From the NCBI GenBank assembly GCA_030390025.1, contig CM059432.1, positions 94,676,001 through 94,740,000 on the forward strand: DNA of 64,000 nucleotides, written 5' to 3'. The position numbers and the translations under genes were made by a program. Of this stretch, positions 49,679 through 63,106 are shown one piece after another. This stretch comes from Squalus acanthias. Its lineage: Eukaryota. The notes beneath the pieces are model-generated. The model did no database searches and was not told where the DNA came from. It worked only from the letters and a program-made list of their open reading frames with translations. Within the stretch, counting starts at the first letter, position 1; the number at the start of each line of letters is the position of its first letter.

Positions 49679-52600
49679 AGTGAAGGCTAAGAGTCCTGAC
49701 AACTTGCACACCAGAACTCACCACTCTGCGAGCCAAGCTATTCCAGTGTAACTATGACATTGGCACCTACCTTACAATGTGGAAAATTGACCTGGTATCT
49801 CCTATCCATAAAAAACAGGGTAAATCTAACCTGACCAATTACCCACACTATCAGCCTTCTCCCAATCATCAGCAAAGTGACAGAAGGAGTAATCAATACT
49901 GCCATTAAATGGCACCTGTTCCCTAATAACCTGCTTATCACTGCTCAGTTCAGATTCCACCAGAATTGCTTGGCTCCAGACCTTATTGCAGCCTTGATCC
50001 GGCGAGCACATCGCAGCTGAATGCCAGAGGAGAGGCCAGTGTAACTTCCATTAACATCAACGCAATATTCGAGCGAGAATGGCACCAGGGAGTCCTAGCA
50101 AAACTTAGGTCAATAATGCCCTCTGAAGTGGCCTAGCGAGTCAATCAATTGTAAACAAATGCTATGATGTTCAATATTAAGAAAAAAAATTAAACAAACT
50201 TGTCAGCAACTACCCATTCATTATATTAAGACAAGACTCTGCCTAGAAAGGGGAAACATCTTCTGTGGCTGGAGTCATAACTAATATGCAGATAGATGGT
50301 CATGCTGACAAAGGTGAATCACAGCTGCAGGACATCATTGCAGAAGTTCTTCAAGGTTGAGTATTTGGCCCAACTTTCTTCAGCTGTTTCATCAATGGCC
50401 TTCCCTTCATCATAAGGTCAGGAATGGGGCTGTTTGCTGATGATTCCAGTGCTCAGCACCATTTACAACTCTTCTGATAATGAAGCAGCCCATGCCAGCC
50501 TACAGCAAGACGTGGACAACATCCATGCTTAGGATGGCAATTGGCTGATAACATTTGCACCACATAAGTGGCTAGTAATGACTATCTCCAGCCATAAAGA
50601 GCCCAGCCACTTCCCCATGACCTTCAACAGCACCACCATTGCCATGTCATCCACCATCAACATCTTGGGAGTTACCATTGAGCAGAATCTTTACTGGGCC
50701 TATGCCATTACCACTACAAAAACAGGACGGAGGCCGGGTACTCTCCAATGAGTGGCTCACCTTCTGATCTATCCACCATCTCAAGGCTCAAGTTAGGAGT
50801 GTGATGGAATACTCAGCACTTGCCCAGATGTGTTCAGCCATAACAAGCTCATCAGGACGAAGTGTTTGATCATGTCTTTACCACTGTACTCAATATCCAT
50901 CTTCCAGCCCTGCAACCTCTTATCACCGAGAAGGATAAGAACAGTAATATCATGGGAACTTCACCATCTCCAAATTCCCCTCCAAATCACATACCATCCT
51001 GACTTGGACACATACCGTTGTTTCTCTGGGTCAGAATCTTGGAATACCATATTGGGAGCAGCATCACCACAAGGACTGCTGCAGTTGAAGTAAAAGGCTC
51101 ATCAACACCTTCTCAACTAGTGATGGGCAATAAAATGCAGCCTTGTCAGCGTCACCCACATCCAGTGAATAAAATAAATGGCCAGTGATGGAACCTGGCA
51201 CATTCTTGGCTTCTATGGTTCAACACTACACTCTGCAGTGAGTGCTCAGAGGAGGTTCTCTTTGTTCTAAAAATAAAATTCAATGGAAGCAAAGAGTACT
51301 AAGGAACAAGCAGCCATCAACCTGTGTCTCTGTCTGTGAGAGCTTTTTTCTGGGGCATTCTGTTTCCAGTAATGTTAAGGAAAAAGAAAAAAAAACTCTC
51401 CAGCTGTGAGAAGTCCAGGAATGCAATTATTATGACACATTAAAATTAAACTCCACGGAAGTTTCATGTAAATTCGTCAAAAATTCAAAAGTAGCTGGAC
51501 CAGATAAATAAAACATTTTTGGGGTTTGATTTGTGCAGGTTTAAATCTACAAAGGAAGAATGGATTCCAAACCTATTCTGTATATGTTACAAAAGATCCA
51601 CAGCATTAGTGGGAGCATAAAATAATACTTTGACATATCCAGCTTTTTATTGGTTCAATTTGGCTGCCTGCTTTGGAGTCTTGTTCTCACATTCCTGAGT
51701 CATCTTTCACCACCTGTTGTGGAGAAATTATTTCACTCCATTCTGTATCATAGGTACAAGCAAACAGTTTATTAATGTTCAAAGATCTTTGGGAGAAGAT
51801 GTCATAAACCCCTTGGCTTAGTGACTACTTCTTCTCAAAATTACAGCGGTATGAGATTCCTTTTATACATTATTCATCCAATCACATAGCCTTAGCAACA
51901 GATTTCTAATTATAATATGTACGTTAGGTTCAAATGTTACTTCCCTACCGAAACTACAAGCATAGTGGTTTGCCTCACATTTGTCCAACTCGGACTAGCC
52001 AGTCTAGCCAGTCATGCGGTGATTGTGTAATCGTTGTACTATTATTGCCTTGGTGGCCTCCTTGGTGGGCCTCAATGTTGACCACAGACATTACTCATCG
52101 CACTGTCAGCGAAACCATTTTCTATTTACGAATTTACTTCTTACGGCACATTCTTTAATTTTACATTTCTTATTAAAACCCTATAATAAATTTACTCCTA
52201 CACCACCCAAATGTAAAGCACCAATTCTAGCCTGAGAGGGCAGACATGTAACATGTTGCTTAGCTTCCATCAGTACTTCATTCATTTTGGCCATTAGGAG
52301 GTGTATAAGATTAGCACATCTTGACTCATCCTTCAATCTATCCATTCATAAATGTCCCTGGCGAAACATGTGATTTCCACTCTCCACTTTCTCAGATCAA
52401 ACGATTTAGATTGGGAACTTAAAAGGTAAGAATTATATGGTAAAACACATATCCGACAACTCTTGAGTGTAATGCTGCTAAACTACTAGATAGAATTACT
52501 TTGTTACCTTTAATTATTTTAATTTTTAAATTAATACCTTTTTAATTGAAAAGCCAAGTTAATAAGCCAAGGCCAAAAAGAGTAAATATAACTGGCAGAT

Positions 52601-52901
52601 TAATTAAAATCTGAAAATAATTTTGTATTTTATTTCATTCATTGGTATAGAAAGATACAATATGGCCTCAATCATGAAACTGTACATAGAAGATGACAGT
52701 AATAACACAAATTGTGTTAATAGGCATGAAGTAGAAAGCTGAAGTATGTTGTGAAAGTAATTTGCATCATGTCTTTTTTCAGTCTTTGATATTTTAAGTT
52801 ATCATATTCGAATGCTTAGTTGTCTGGGAGAATCTGCAACAAAAACAGATGAAAAATTAAAGAAAGTCATGTCAGTGATGGAATTTAAGTATTAAAATAT
52901 T

Positions 52902-53875
52902 GGCCCGGAATTTGTGGTCAGCGGCGAAGCGACAGTGATCGCCGTTGACCTGGAAGAAAACTGCCCACAAAGATCTTGCGATCTCTGTGGCCATTAGGAG
53001 GTGTAAAAGATTTCAGCTCTCCCGACCTTAGTTTGAATCTAGGGTGAAATCAAGCGAATCACCAGCGTCCAGCAACAGTGATGTCATCAAGCTGGCTAAG
53101 CAGCCAATCATATCAAAGAATTCTCACAGACAGCAAACCAGGAAGTAAAATGCACAGATTATATTTACTTTTAATCAATTTTACAGAGATCGAAATAAAG
53201 ATTGGGACATAAACATAGGATTAAGGTATAAACTGAAACATCATAAACAAACTTTAAAAAAAATATTATATTAAAAACTTGTAATTCTTAATCATATTAA
53301 TGGAAAATTTTAACATTCCACATGGAGAGCCAATGGCAGCAGACCATCTTTCATTCTGTCAAATCTGTGAATTGAAATCAGCCCCAAAAGAACAGCTAAA
53401 CTTAAAATAATTTTTTTTAAAAACTATCACATTTATAAAATAACTACGGTTAAATAAATTAACCACTTTAAACAAAAATTTAAATTTTTGAAAAAATTAA
53501 AATACTTTTTAAAAGTGATAAAAATAAACTTACCTTTCTTTAAAGTATCTAAAAAAGATAAACCTGTTGAAAAATTTTTAAAATTATACTTAATTAACCA
53601 CTTACCTTGTTCAAAACGGGTCTTGCACCTCCTTTTCATTAGCGTAGTTTCTTCAATACTTATCCTTGCGTAGAAACCTGAAAAAATTTTTTAGTTTGCT
53701 GCGTGCGCGCAGCCTCTAGTGCGCACACGGTTCACCTAGGAACCGCCCCCTTCACCATACCGGAAGTTCCGGTTTCCCGCGCATGCGCAGTGCATGCAGG
53801 AAACTGGCACTTCGGGAAGCAATACGGGTGAGTACAGAGCGCGTACTCACCCGGGAAGGGCCGAATTTTTGGCCC
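52902..53875. mobile_element. Chimeric Harbinger MITE (family 1 left part + family 2 right part)
   Basis: Left part matches the reverse complement of 7108-7878; right part matches ~30670-31228; ATT on both flanks. Confidence 0.75.
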
Positions 53876-54174
53876 ATTGTGAAAAAGCAAGTGGGTTACA
53901 GTAACCCTCTTCCACCATGCGTTGACTTAGTGGGCTTACCACTGCTGTCCCAATGCCTACTGCCACCTTTCTCCTGGTAATCTGAGGGGTTGGCTGAGAC
54001 AGCAGTGGTAAGCAGGGAAATTACATGGTTTGCTATACCCTACTGGCATTTACATGTGGTAGATGAGGAAAGAGAAATGAACTTGGGATGGGAATGTGGC
54101 AGTAGGTGTCACTGTCCAATGTGCCATTTATTTATCATTCTCCCTGTAGCTAAACTCTTTAAGGCAGTAAAAAG

Positions 54175-55385
54175 GTGAGCCATATAGACCAGGAAAGTCG
54201 CAAATTTGAACCCCAGTCTGTGTTGAGTTAGAAGGTCTCAGCCAGGGCTGCAGGAGGGGGTACTACAATTGGCATCATCAACCATAAGTTAGGGAGGGGA
54301 AAATTGGCCATCGTTCCCACTCCTAATCGCTCTCCAGCAACCTCTACTGGAATTGTTTGCATATGGACATCAGACAAGGACAAGATTGGGATCAGTTGTG
54401 ATGCAGCCCCAAAGTCAAAGAGCTTGCTGACACTGAGGGCTGGATTTTGAATCTGGGGTCGGGGTGGTGTCGTGAATCACACATTCTGGCTTGTGAATCC
54501 GCCTCCATCGAGATGTGGCCAACCCACTGTATTTTCCCTTGATTGACCTTGTTGAGCCCGCCCAGTGGGCTCAGCAGGCCAATTAAGGGCCACCCGGCAA
54601 CAGGTGACGTCACAGATTGACATTTCATCTGTCAAGAGCTATTGACAGATGAAATATCAGCGTTTGACAGCTCTGTGAAGCTGTCAAACACTGACAATGT
54701 GATTTCTAACTTCAGTCCTTCCTCTCAGGCTGAGTTAGAAATCATTCCACCACAGAAAACAGAAGGCTGCAGTTTTTGACAGGACCACGGCTTTTCTGCT
54801 TTCTGTGCCGGTGAGATTTCTGACTCCCGAGAACTGAAGGGCTGACACCTGCAGGAGGAAGTTAAGGTAAGTAAAACTTTTTCCCACACTTAGCACTTAC
54901 CTTACACACATACCTCTGCACACATGCACCCATCACTCACCTACCCACCGGACATATCGACCCCTCCAATCCCTGCAGTCCGCCCCGATTACTTGGCGTG
55001 GTTGCCACCTGTCGGGAAGCCCACATTTCTCCTTTTAAAATAGGGATTATGCAAAAAACTGCCTGTTAACTACCTGTTAACAGGCAGTTAATTGTCACTA
55101 ATCCCTTCCTGCCTCGGGGAGTCAGGTCTCAGCACAGGTCGGGTACCCGCCACCAGCGAAACTGGCATGGAGGAGGGTTGGAGGCGGGATGGGGTTGGGA
55201 CCCCCGAATCTGCAACTTTAACCCCCCCCCACGACTCCAAACCCGACTCCACGGGTCATTGAAAATCCAGCCCTGACTCTCTGAGCTCACATACAGAGAA
55301 TATGCTCTCGGGTAAGGTAGCAGAGGGTGACCAGCATCCATGAATCCATTCGCCAGCAAGGAATCAGTAGAAGAAAAGACTGGAG
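54175..55385 (+). mobile_element. AmnSINE2-like SINE split by a MITE
   Basis: gagccatatagaccagg..ctacaattggc..gctgacactga[MITE]ctctctgagctcacat. Confidence 0.6.
54437..55273. mobile_element. Harbinger-type MITE (family 5)
   Basis: TIR GGGCTGGATTTT; TSD TGA. Confidence 0.88.
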
Positions 55386-56055
55386 AAAGTTGGCAGGAAA
55401 AATATGGAGGGAAAAATTAATTTATCAGGGCTTGATGTTTGCTTCTTCAGAGGAAGTCACATATCTAATGCCACAGTGAAATACATCAATCAAAACCTGA
55501 AATTAGATAGAAGGTTTCTGTGATTAAGAAAATGCAACACCTTTTCATCATTGTGAGTCCCATGATGTTTGATGCCATCAGCACTAGTGGTTGGTATCAG
55601 ACTTCGATTTTGTCTGGACAGGAATTATATTTGCTGTTATTTCACTTCACTGGGACAACAGCAGTTGGCAGGGAGGGTTGAAATAGACAGCAAGAGGAGC
55701 AGTTATTTCCTAAGGTGGATCTTTGAACACCAGTGTTCCTATGACTCAGTGGGGGTTAGATTGGATAACCCCTGAAAAGAGGCGTGGGGATTGCTGTATG
55801 CGATTAACCCGTGCCTGTTCAATGCGATGCAGGCAGGACATTAAATTTGTGATACCTGCTGTTTTAAATGATTGCTGCATGTAGCCAGCGCTACCTGCAC
55901 TGTACATTGGCTGCACGCATCAGCAGGGGCCCGATATGGTGAGTGGCCTGCGCTACTTAAAGACAACCTGCACCTCTTAAAGGGAGGTGCATTATGGCTA
56001 CAAGTAGTGGTGGGAGTCCTTTGAAAAGTGAATCTGTGCTGTGAAAGATTGAAGA

Positions 56056-57900
56056 ATGGTTGAACATGCGAGAGAGTGTGCATCAAGGTTTGCTGACAAT
56101 GCACTGGAGGTCATAGTGCAAGGCATGAAGAAAAGGATAGACATGCTATATCTGCAGGAGGCCCTCCAGATATATGCTCAGGAGGCAGTGGGAAGAAGTA
56201 GCAGCGGAGGTCAATGCCAGGAATGTAGCTCCAAGAACATTGATGCAGTACAGGAAGAAGTTTAACAATGTGGCATGCGTTGTCAAGGTGAGTTAGTTCA
56301 ATCTTCAAATGGCTATTCCTACCAACTGTACCACTAGCCTCATCCACTGCTCAATTCACTACACCCTCATCACCCACCGACCAAAAATCTCTATCAATCA
56401 GGACTCAACCCTAACATTCATAGGCTTTACAGCACCCTCACACACTTAGCACTGTTGCAAGCCTTGCACCCACAACTCACAGCTCATACACACTGGCAGC
56501 TATTCATCAAGACAGCCACATCACCCAAGCATATTGCAGGACACTCACTGACACACTTCCCACTTTCTTGCGGGAGAAGGAGAAGCATAACAGGAGGCAG
56601 CAGGAAAGAACTGGAGGAGGACAAACGTGCCTGCATATTTTAACCCCCATGGAGGAGACAGTGCTGGCCATCATGGGAAGGGGCATCAATGAGGCCGTGG
56701 CCACTGATGGGACTGGAGAGATCGATGATGACGGTATCTGCATGCCTAATCCTCCTTCTCTCTTCCCATTTCTTTCTCATCCCACAATCTCTGCTGACTC
56801 ACAAACTGCACATGGTATCGGCACGCACTTCTTACTTTCTTCCTTCCCCTCACCACAACCCAACCCTGTCCCTTTTTCATTTTAGATACACAAGAACTGG
56901 AACCTTCCCAGTCAGAGGAGGAAGAGAAAAAAGACAGTGAAGATGAAGAGATACCATCACTGGATCTTACACTGGCAGCCACCAGCTCAGAGACTGACAC
57001 TCTGCGTATTTTAGAGGCTAGGATAGAGGGGGGATCGGCACGTGGTGAGACACCGAGCACAAGTGCTCAGGAGCCAGGGTGGGAGGAATGGATAGCGCAG
57101 GTGCCACCTCACCAGAGGGCAAGGTCGCACACTAATTCTGTTGCAGAGGAGTCAGATGAGGACGTCGATGGGCCAGGCTACAGAAGAAGGCTGATGGGTG
57201 TACATAACCAAATGCTTGGCACACTGGAAAGCCTGCTAGAAAGTCTGCGCACAATGTCACGGAAAATGGAGGAGTCCAAACCAACTTGGCACATGGCTTT
57301 GCACAGATCTTGGAGCCCATCCTTTCCAACATGGAAGGGGTGGTCACCTCCATCAGCACACCTGTAGAACCCACCATGGTACAGCATCTGATGGCCGATA
57401 TCACAGCTTCCATTGCAGCCCAAACAGCTTCCATCAAAGGTCAGAGTGCTGCAGTGGAAGCTCAGACTGTTGCTCTGGATACCACTGTTCAAAGGGGCTT
57501 CCAGGGCATCACAGTAGTTCATTAATCTGTTCTCCAACAGATTACTAGGATTGCTGAGGCACCGTCCTGCAAGAGTGGCAGTGGCTCCATGGAATACAAA
57601 CCAGCTGTCCTCTCTCAGGATGACAGCATTCCTGTTTCCACCTTTGTTACTCTACCAGTGCCCTTGCTAATTGCCTGTCAACCAGCCAGCCCAGACTGCT
57701 GCTGCCCATGCCAAGGTGGTGCAGTCTCCAGCCGGGCCTCTAGGCCAAGAGCTGCTTGAGGTCACCCTCCAAAGCCATCTGCAATCTCCTCAATTGAAAG
57801 TCAGCAGTCTTCCACCACCCATGCTGCAGCCACTGGGGAAGCACCTTGTAGGAGCAGTAGGACAGGCAAAAGCATACGGAAGACAGGCACTAAGGGAATG
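56056..57900 (+). pseudogene. Harbinger Myb/SANT gene, 3 exons, decayed
   Basis: RFADNALEVIV..RKKFNN|gtgagt; HNRRQQERTGGG; EESDEDVD. Confidence 0.8.
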
Positions 57901-58099
57901 CACAAAGTTGATTTGTTTAATTTTGTATACATTATGTAATGAGTGCACTTATAAAATTTTGATTGGAATGTGCATTTTCTGGTGGTTTTTATTTTTGTGT
58001 TGTCAGAAAGAGGACAATGTGATGCTCAGTGATAGAAGAAAGGTAAGGAGTGTGGGACTGTTAGTGACTGGGGAGGTGTGGTTGAGGTTACTGGTATCA

Positions 58100-59267
58100 C
58101 TCATGAATAATCTGATCGCATAGAGCCCGGGCAGAAAGGGGCTGTCTACGTTGTAGTCTCCTTTCTTCTTCCTATTCCTCCACTTTCTGTTCAACAAGGC
58201 CTGTTTCACTTCCTCCTACTCCTCCTCCTCCACTTCTTCCTCGTCCTCCTCCTTCACCTCCTCTTCCTGGTGCTCCTGCTCCTCACCTGAAAAGTGTTGG
58301 CAAGGGCTGTTCCCTCATAATTTCCAGGTTGTGCAGCATACTACCTCAAATCTTGATACCCGCTCAGCTGAGTACTGCAGGGCTCCTCCAGGCAGCGGAA
58401 GTGTTGCTTGAGGATGCCGATGGTCTGCTCTATAATGTTCCTTATGGCAGCATGGCTCTCATTGTAGGCTTGCTGTGCACGTGTGCATGGGTTCCGGACT
58501 GGAGTTATGAACCATGTCATGAGTGGATAACCCTTGTTGTCCAGAGCTAGCTTTTGACTTGCCGTGTTTGTTCAGAAACAGCTGGCACAGAGGACTCCGC
58601 AGAATGAAAACATCACGACTGCTGCCAGGATAACGGGTATTCACCTGCATGATGCGCTGCCTGTGGTCACACACCAGCTGCACATTGAGGGACTGGAATC
58701 CCTTTCTGTTCATGAAAATGGCTGAGTTCACATGAGAATTACAATGTGTGTGCAGTAAATGACGCCCAGCACCATGGGGTAGCCTGCAATCTGTGCAAAA
58801 CTTCATGCTCACTCCTCCTTCTTGTCTCTGGCAAGAGGGAATGAGATGAAAGTGTTTCTGTGTGTATAGAGAGCCTCAGTGACCTCACTTATACAGCTGT
58901 ACACTGCAAACTAGGAGATGTTGCTTATATCTCCAGCAGCAGCCTGGAAGGAGCCAGATGAATAAAAGTCAATAGCCACGGTCACCTTGATAGCCACAGG
59001 CAATGCTGTCCTTGCCCTGCTTTGAGGCTCTTTTGTGAAGCGAAGACATCTCATGCATTGGTCCTCGCTGAAGTTGAGGTAAGAGAATTGGTCGCTGAAG
59101 ATCCTCTGCAGATATGGCCTCCTGCTGGGTGCCCTTCTCCCCCTCCTCCTCCTCCTCCTCCTCCCTCTTCTAACAGCTTGTCCTGCTCTGTGTGGCTTCT
59201 CTTCACTCTTCCAATCATGCTCAATTCCCAGAGGAAGCCCTACCAGGCCACCAATATCTGGAAGCAA
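58100..59267 (-). pseudogene. Harbinger transposase, decayed
   Basis: [42 protein letters not shown]. Confidence 0.85.
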
Positions 59268-60460
59268 CTTGTTTCAGCACAAGATTTTAAATGACCAAAA
59301 CATTTCTTCAACACCAGCTAGACCACTCCCTGTAGAGTATTCAAACTTTAGGAATGTATAGGAAAGCTCCAAAAATGCGTACAATTGCACCAGCAGCCAG
59401 AAGAAATAATCCAGCAAGTAGTTCTTGATCGCTTTAAATAGCGCTGGTGGAGGGTCCTTCATTCCGTTTAATGTCATATTCAGCTGTACGAGGTTAAGAC
59501 AGGGCGTAGGCTGGACTGTGAAGTTCAAAAATGGCAGTGCTGGCGTCAAATCAGCATCGCACACTGATTTGTGTCTTCATCTCGCTGTTCTATTTATTGC
59601 TAGCAGTCGTTGGCGCGTGCGCACAAACTCCTTTATCAAGATGGCATCCTGCGCACTTCCCGTTGGAAGTGTACGTGTGCATTTAGGACCCCGTTTTCAA
59701 TCCTTATGTGGCCGCATAATGCCTAAAAACTAGGTGCTACATGGCCCAATTTAGCCCCCAGAATCTTTAATCAGATCAACCATATGAAGAACACATTAGG
59801 CTATATTGTGGAAATGGAGTACTTTTGTTTATATCTGATAGTTTTCTCTCTATGTACCATGTTTTCTAGCAAGTTCCTTTAAGAAAGGTGTTAACCCGCA
59901 AACTAGCTTCTGCAACTGAATGCTGGGAAATTGGCTTTTAATCTTTTGGTTTTGCAGGAGGTAAAGAAGCCAGTCAAGCCAATATTGTTGATATCATTAG
60001 GGGCATGTATCTAGGAAAACAATCACCAAACACACCCATGTGCTAGAAAGATAAATATGTATCACCAGGCTCTCAAGCAAGATCATTTGATCAGGACAGC
60101 CCCAGCCTAGACAGCACATGTCAGACACCTCGGATGCTTATCGGTGTGCCTGTATGTATGTGACATGGAACGAGATGATCACTGTTTAAGTAGTGTGCTG
60201 AGTCTTGCAAATTGACTTCTCAAAGATGTGACAGTATTTCAAAAGGTTTTGGGTAAAAAGTATAAAACACTTTTAATATACCAGTTAGTTATGGTTTTGA
60301 CTGAGCTGCAATAGACATTGAGGCAAAGAAAGCCTCTGTGGGTAAGACACCTATATAATTTCATAAAGACTATAATTAGTAGGAACTGTGAAGCTACTCC
60401 ACTTCCTAGATATGCTTGTTCTTTGTTTATTTGAAAGATCTCCAAAGAAAGCCATTGAAA

Positions 60461-60896
60461 CACGGTGGCATAGTAGTTAACACTGGTGCCTCACAGCGCC
60501 AGGGACCCGGGTTCAAATCTGGCCTCGGGTGACTGTCTGTGTGGAGTTTGCACATTCTCCCCGTGTCTGCGTGGGTTTCCTCCGGGTGCTCCGGTTTCCT
60601 CCCACAGTCCAAAAATGTGCGGGTTAGGTTGATTTGGCTATGATAAATTGACCCTTAGTGTTAGGGGGGGATTAAATATGTGGGGTTACAGGGATAGGAT
60701 GGGATATGTTAGGGGGAATTAAATACGTGGGGTTACGGGGATAGGGTGGGATATGTGTCGGTGCAGGCTCGATGGGGATTCTGTGTGAGAAAGCAGGGAC
60801 AGGGTGCTGGGTTTGGATGATCAGCCATGATCGTATTGAATGGCGGAGCAGGCTCGACGGGCCGAATGGCCTGCTCCTAGTTTCTATGTTTCTATG
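60461..60896 (+). mobile_element. V-SINE (HE1-like) with a CR1/HER1-type tail
   Basis: tRNA head, V-domain tgtgtggagtttgcacattctccccgtgtctgcgtgggtttcctccgggtgctccggtttcctcccaca, tail ggccgaatggcct..tttctatg. Confidence 0.9.
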
Positions 60897-60980
60897 AAAG
60901 GAGCTCAGTTGACCAAGTTGTTTATTTATCTTTTTCTTGAACTCCTAAACGTGTAACTGAAGGGCTTCTACTGGCCCATG

Positions 60981-61780
60981 TGTAAGATGAGCTGGGTTTT
61001 GTTAGAGTTATGGGGTCCTGGCCAATAAACCCTTTCACTCTTATGTTTCAAAATATTCGACTTGACCTCCAATGGTGACAGTGGTTGTACTTTATTCAAT
61101 GTAAGCAAGACTTGATACATTACAGGATCTGAGCAGTAGTTAAACAAGGCGCAAACAAGAGTTATATTACCCGTTATGCCCTGGGTATGATCTCCACGAG
61201 TTTATCCTGCCGGCCCTAGCCTCCAGAAACCTCGTCCGGTCGGTGTGACACGTGTGGTCCCTCCGCCAGCCCGTCCGTCGGATGGTCCCAAGCCCTTGGC
61301 TGAATATCTCTACACTCTTTGTGCCTGAGAGACCACTTCTTATACCGTTACTTTCAATTCAAACCTATGGAGCTCCCCTGGACCTATCACCGGTTGACAC
61401 TTAACCTTCCTTTCTTTCTCCATAGGGTTTCTCGTGTCGCCTGACAGTCTGCAGTCCTTCCTTTTTTGTACTTTTTTCACATCAGTTAAGCTATTCCAAG
61501 AACTTTGGTTGACATGCAGGCCCCTTTCCTATCTGTCTGCTTTGCTAACCTTATCAGTCTAGTTGCTACGCTTGAGCAGTTGTCCTTTTTCAAGGTCCTA
61601 CTGCAATATTTCAATTCACTGTTGTTCAGTTATATGTATTGTGATGAATGGTTGTTCTTTATTTAGTCAAGTTAGCCATTATTTTCCCATCTACACTTGT
61701 AAGCTAATTATGATTGTTCACATATATAAAAACAGGTATTAATAAGCAAATTAATAAGCAAAAAATACTATAATCTCACA
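60981..61780 (-). mobile_element. 3' LTR (800 bp) of an ERV-like element
   Basis: TGTGAGA...TCTTACA on minus, TATA-like ~61340, AATAAA ~61093; purine tract AAGGAGTGGAC abuts the LTR start. Confidence 0.7.
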
Positions 61781-62269
61781 GTCCACTCCTTGAGGGGGAG
61801 GAGACTCTCTAAGACCCCTCACTCAATCTTATTTCTTATCCTTCTGCCGGAGGTCCACTAATTCTAAGTTATTAGCACATCGATCAAGTCTTGTAAGCAT
61901 ACGTCTCAAGCAACACATCAGATACAAAGAAAATCATATTACAGTGTACAAAAAGCTACAGTTAACCATCTAATCAATAAATCATATACTTGAAAGATTG
62001 TCCAGCATAATTCTTTATAAATTTATTTCTCCCTAGCCCTCAATTGTTCCAATCCAAATTACGTTTCGCTTTTTACTTTAACTTTAATCCCTCTGACAGG
62101 TACCAGTGTGTTTAACTCCATCCTGATTGTTTCAAAGTCAGTTTCTCTATGGAGTATATGTCAGTGCCTTGATGATTTAAAACATTGTCTCACTCTCCGG
62201 AGCCACATTTACCATTTCATGTTGTGCTGTTGTCAAGTAACTGAGCATGCCTGAGACCTGTTCTTCAGT

Positions 62270-62428
62270 GCAAATTGATAAAGAGGAGGTACTAGAAAGG
62301 CTGGCTGTACTTAAAGTAAAGGGAAAGGGCGGGGGAGTGGGACTAGCTGAAGTGCGCTTGCAGAGAGCTGGCACGGGCTCGATGGGCTGAATGGCCTCCT
62401 TCTGTGCTGTAACCATTCTATGATTCTA
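62270..62428 (+). mobile_element. Short CR1 remnant with a large internal deletion
   Basis: IDKEEVLERLAVLKV joined directly to the 3' UTR and ATTCTATG tail. Confidence 0.75.
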
Positions 62429-63106
62429 AATTCACCATGCATTTCCGCATGCTAATTGCTTCATATGTAACAAATCACATCTGCACATATACACCAGTAT
62501 CCCAATATCATGCCACACGTGCCATCTGATACAAGCTATTCTTGGGCTTTCAGGAGATCTTATCAAAAGATTGTGGGGTATCTGGAGATCTTTGCTCATC
62601 TCCGCCTGCATGGTCCTAATGTCTCGGGTAGTGGCCAGGCTATCAAATTCAGTTTTCTTAAAAAGTTCATAGGCAAGGACACAAACCTCTCCAGGAGAAA
62701 GCTATCAATTTACTGTTTTCACCTGCACTTTCCTGACTTTTACTATGATGTACATTACTACCAGATTGATACATTTTGGTAAATTGCACCCAGATGATTT
62801 ATTCCAATTCAACTGAGAAAATGATTGTTTAGAAAAATTCCCATTTGGGGGTGTAATGGAGCATTTCCTGTTTCTATCTTACATCTAAGTGGGGCATGTC
62901 ATTAATTACCATTCTATCTCATTCATGAGCGCTGGAGGAACTTTACTGTCCAATACAATATTCTCATGATATCTTTAAAACAAAAATCAAATGTTCCCAC
63001 TTGCTCCAAGTTATCAATACATTTTGTTTGTTTATTCTTTATTTTAGAGGACCTTTTATTTCCCAAAAATAACCTAATATATAGTTCCTGAATCAATTTT
63101 ATCAGT

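Larger units (their letters stand above)
45674..51175 (+). mobile_element. Older copy of the same LINE family, interrupted by CR1, DeuSINE and MITEs
   Basis: Shares the UTR motif tgccctctgaa.tggcc.agcaagcc, the APE start aagtcctcctc.ctaa, RT motifs and the 3' tail. Confidence 0.7.
55751..59759. mobile_element. Full-length decayed Harbinger element C (Myb on +, transposase on -)
   Basis: TIRs GGGGGTTAGATTGG / GGGGGCTAAATTGG; flanks AGT/AGA; both genes present. Confidence 0.88.

Noticed and set aside
60461..60530. tRNA gene
   Set aside because: The tRNA-like sequence is a SINE head continuing into the V-domain; the same applies to the heads at ~48990-49057 and 42845-42910.
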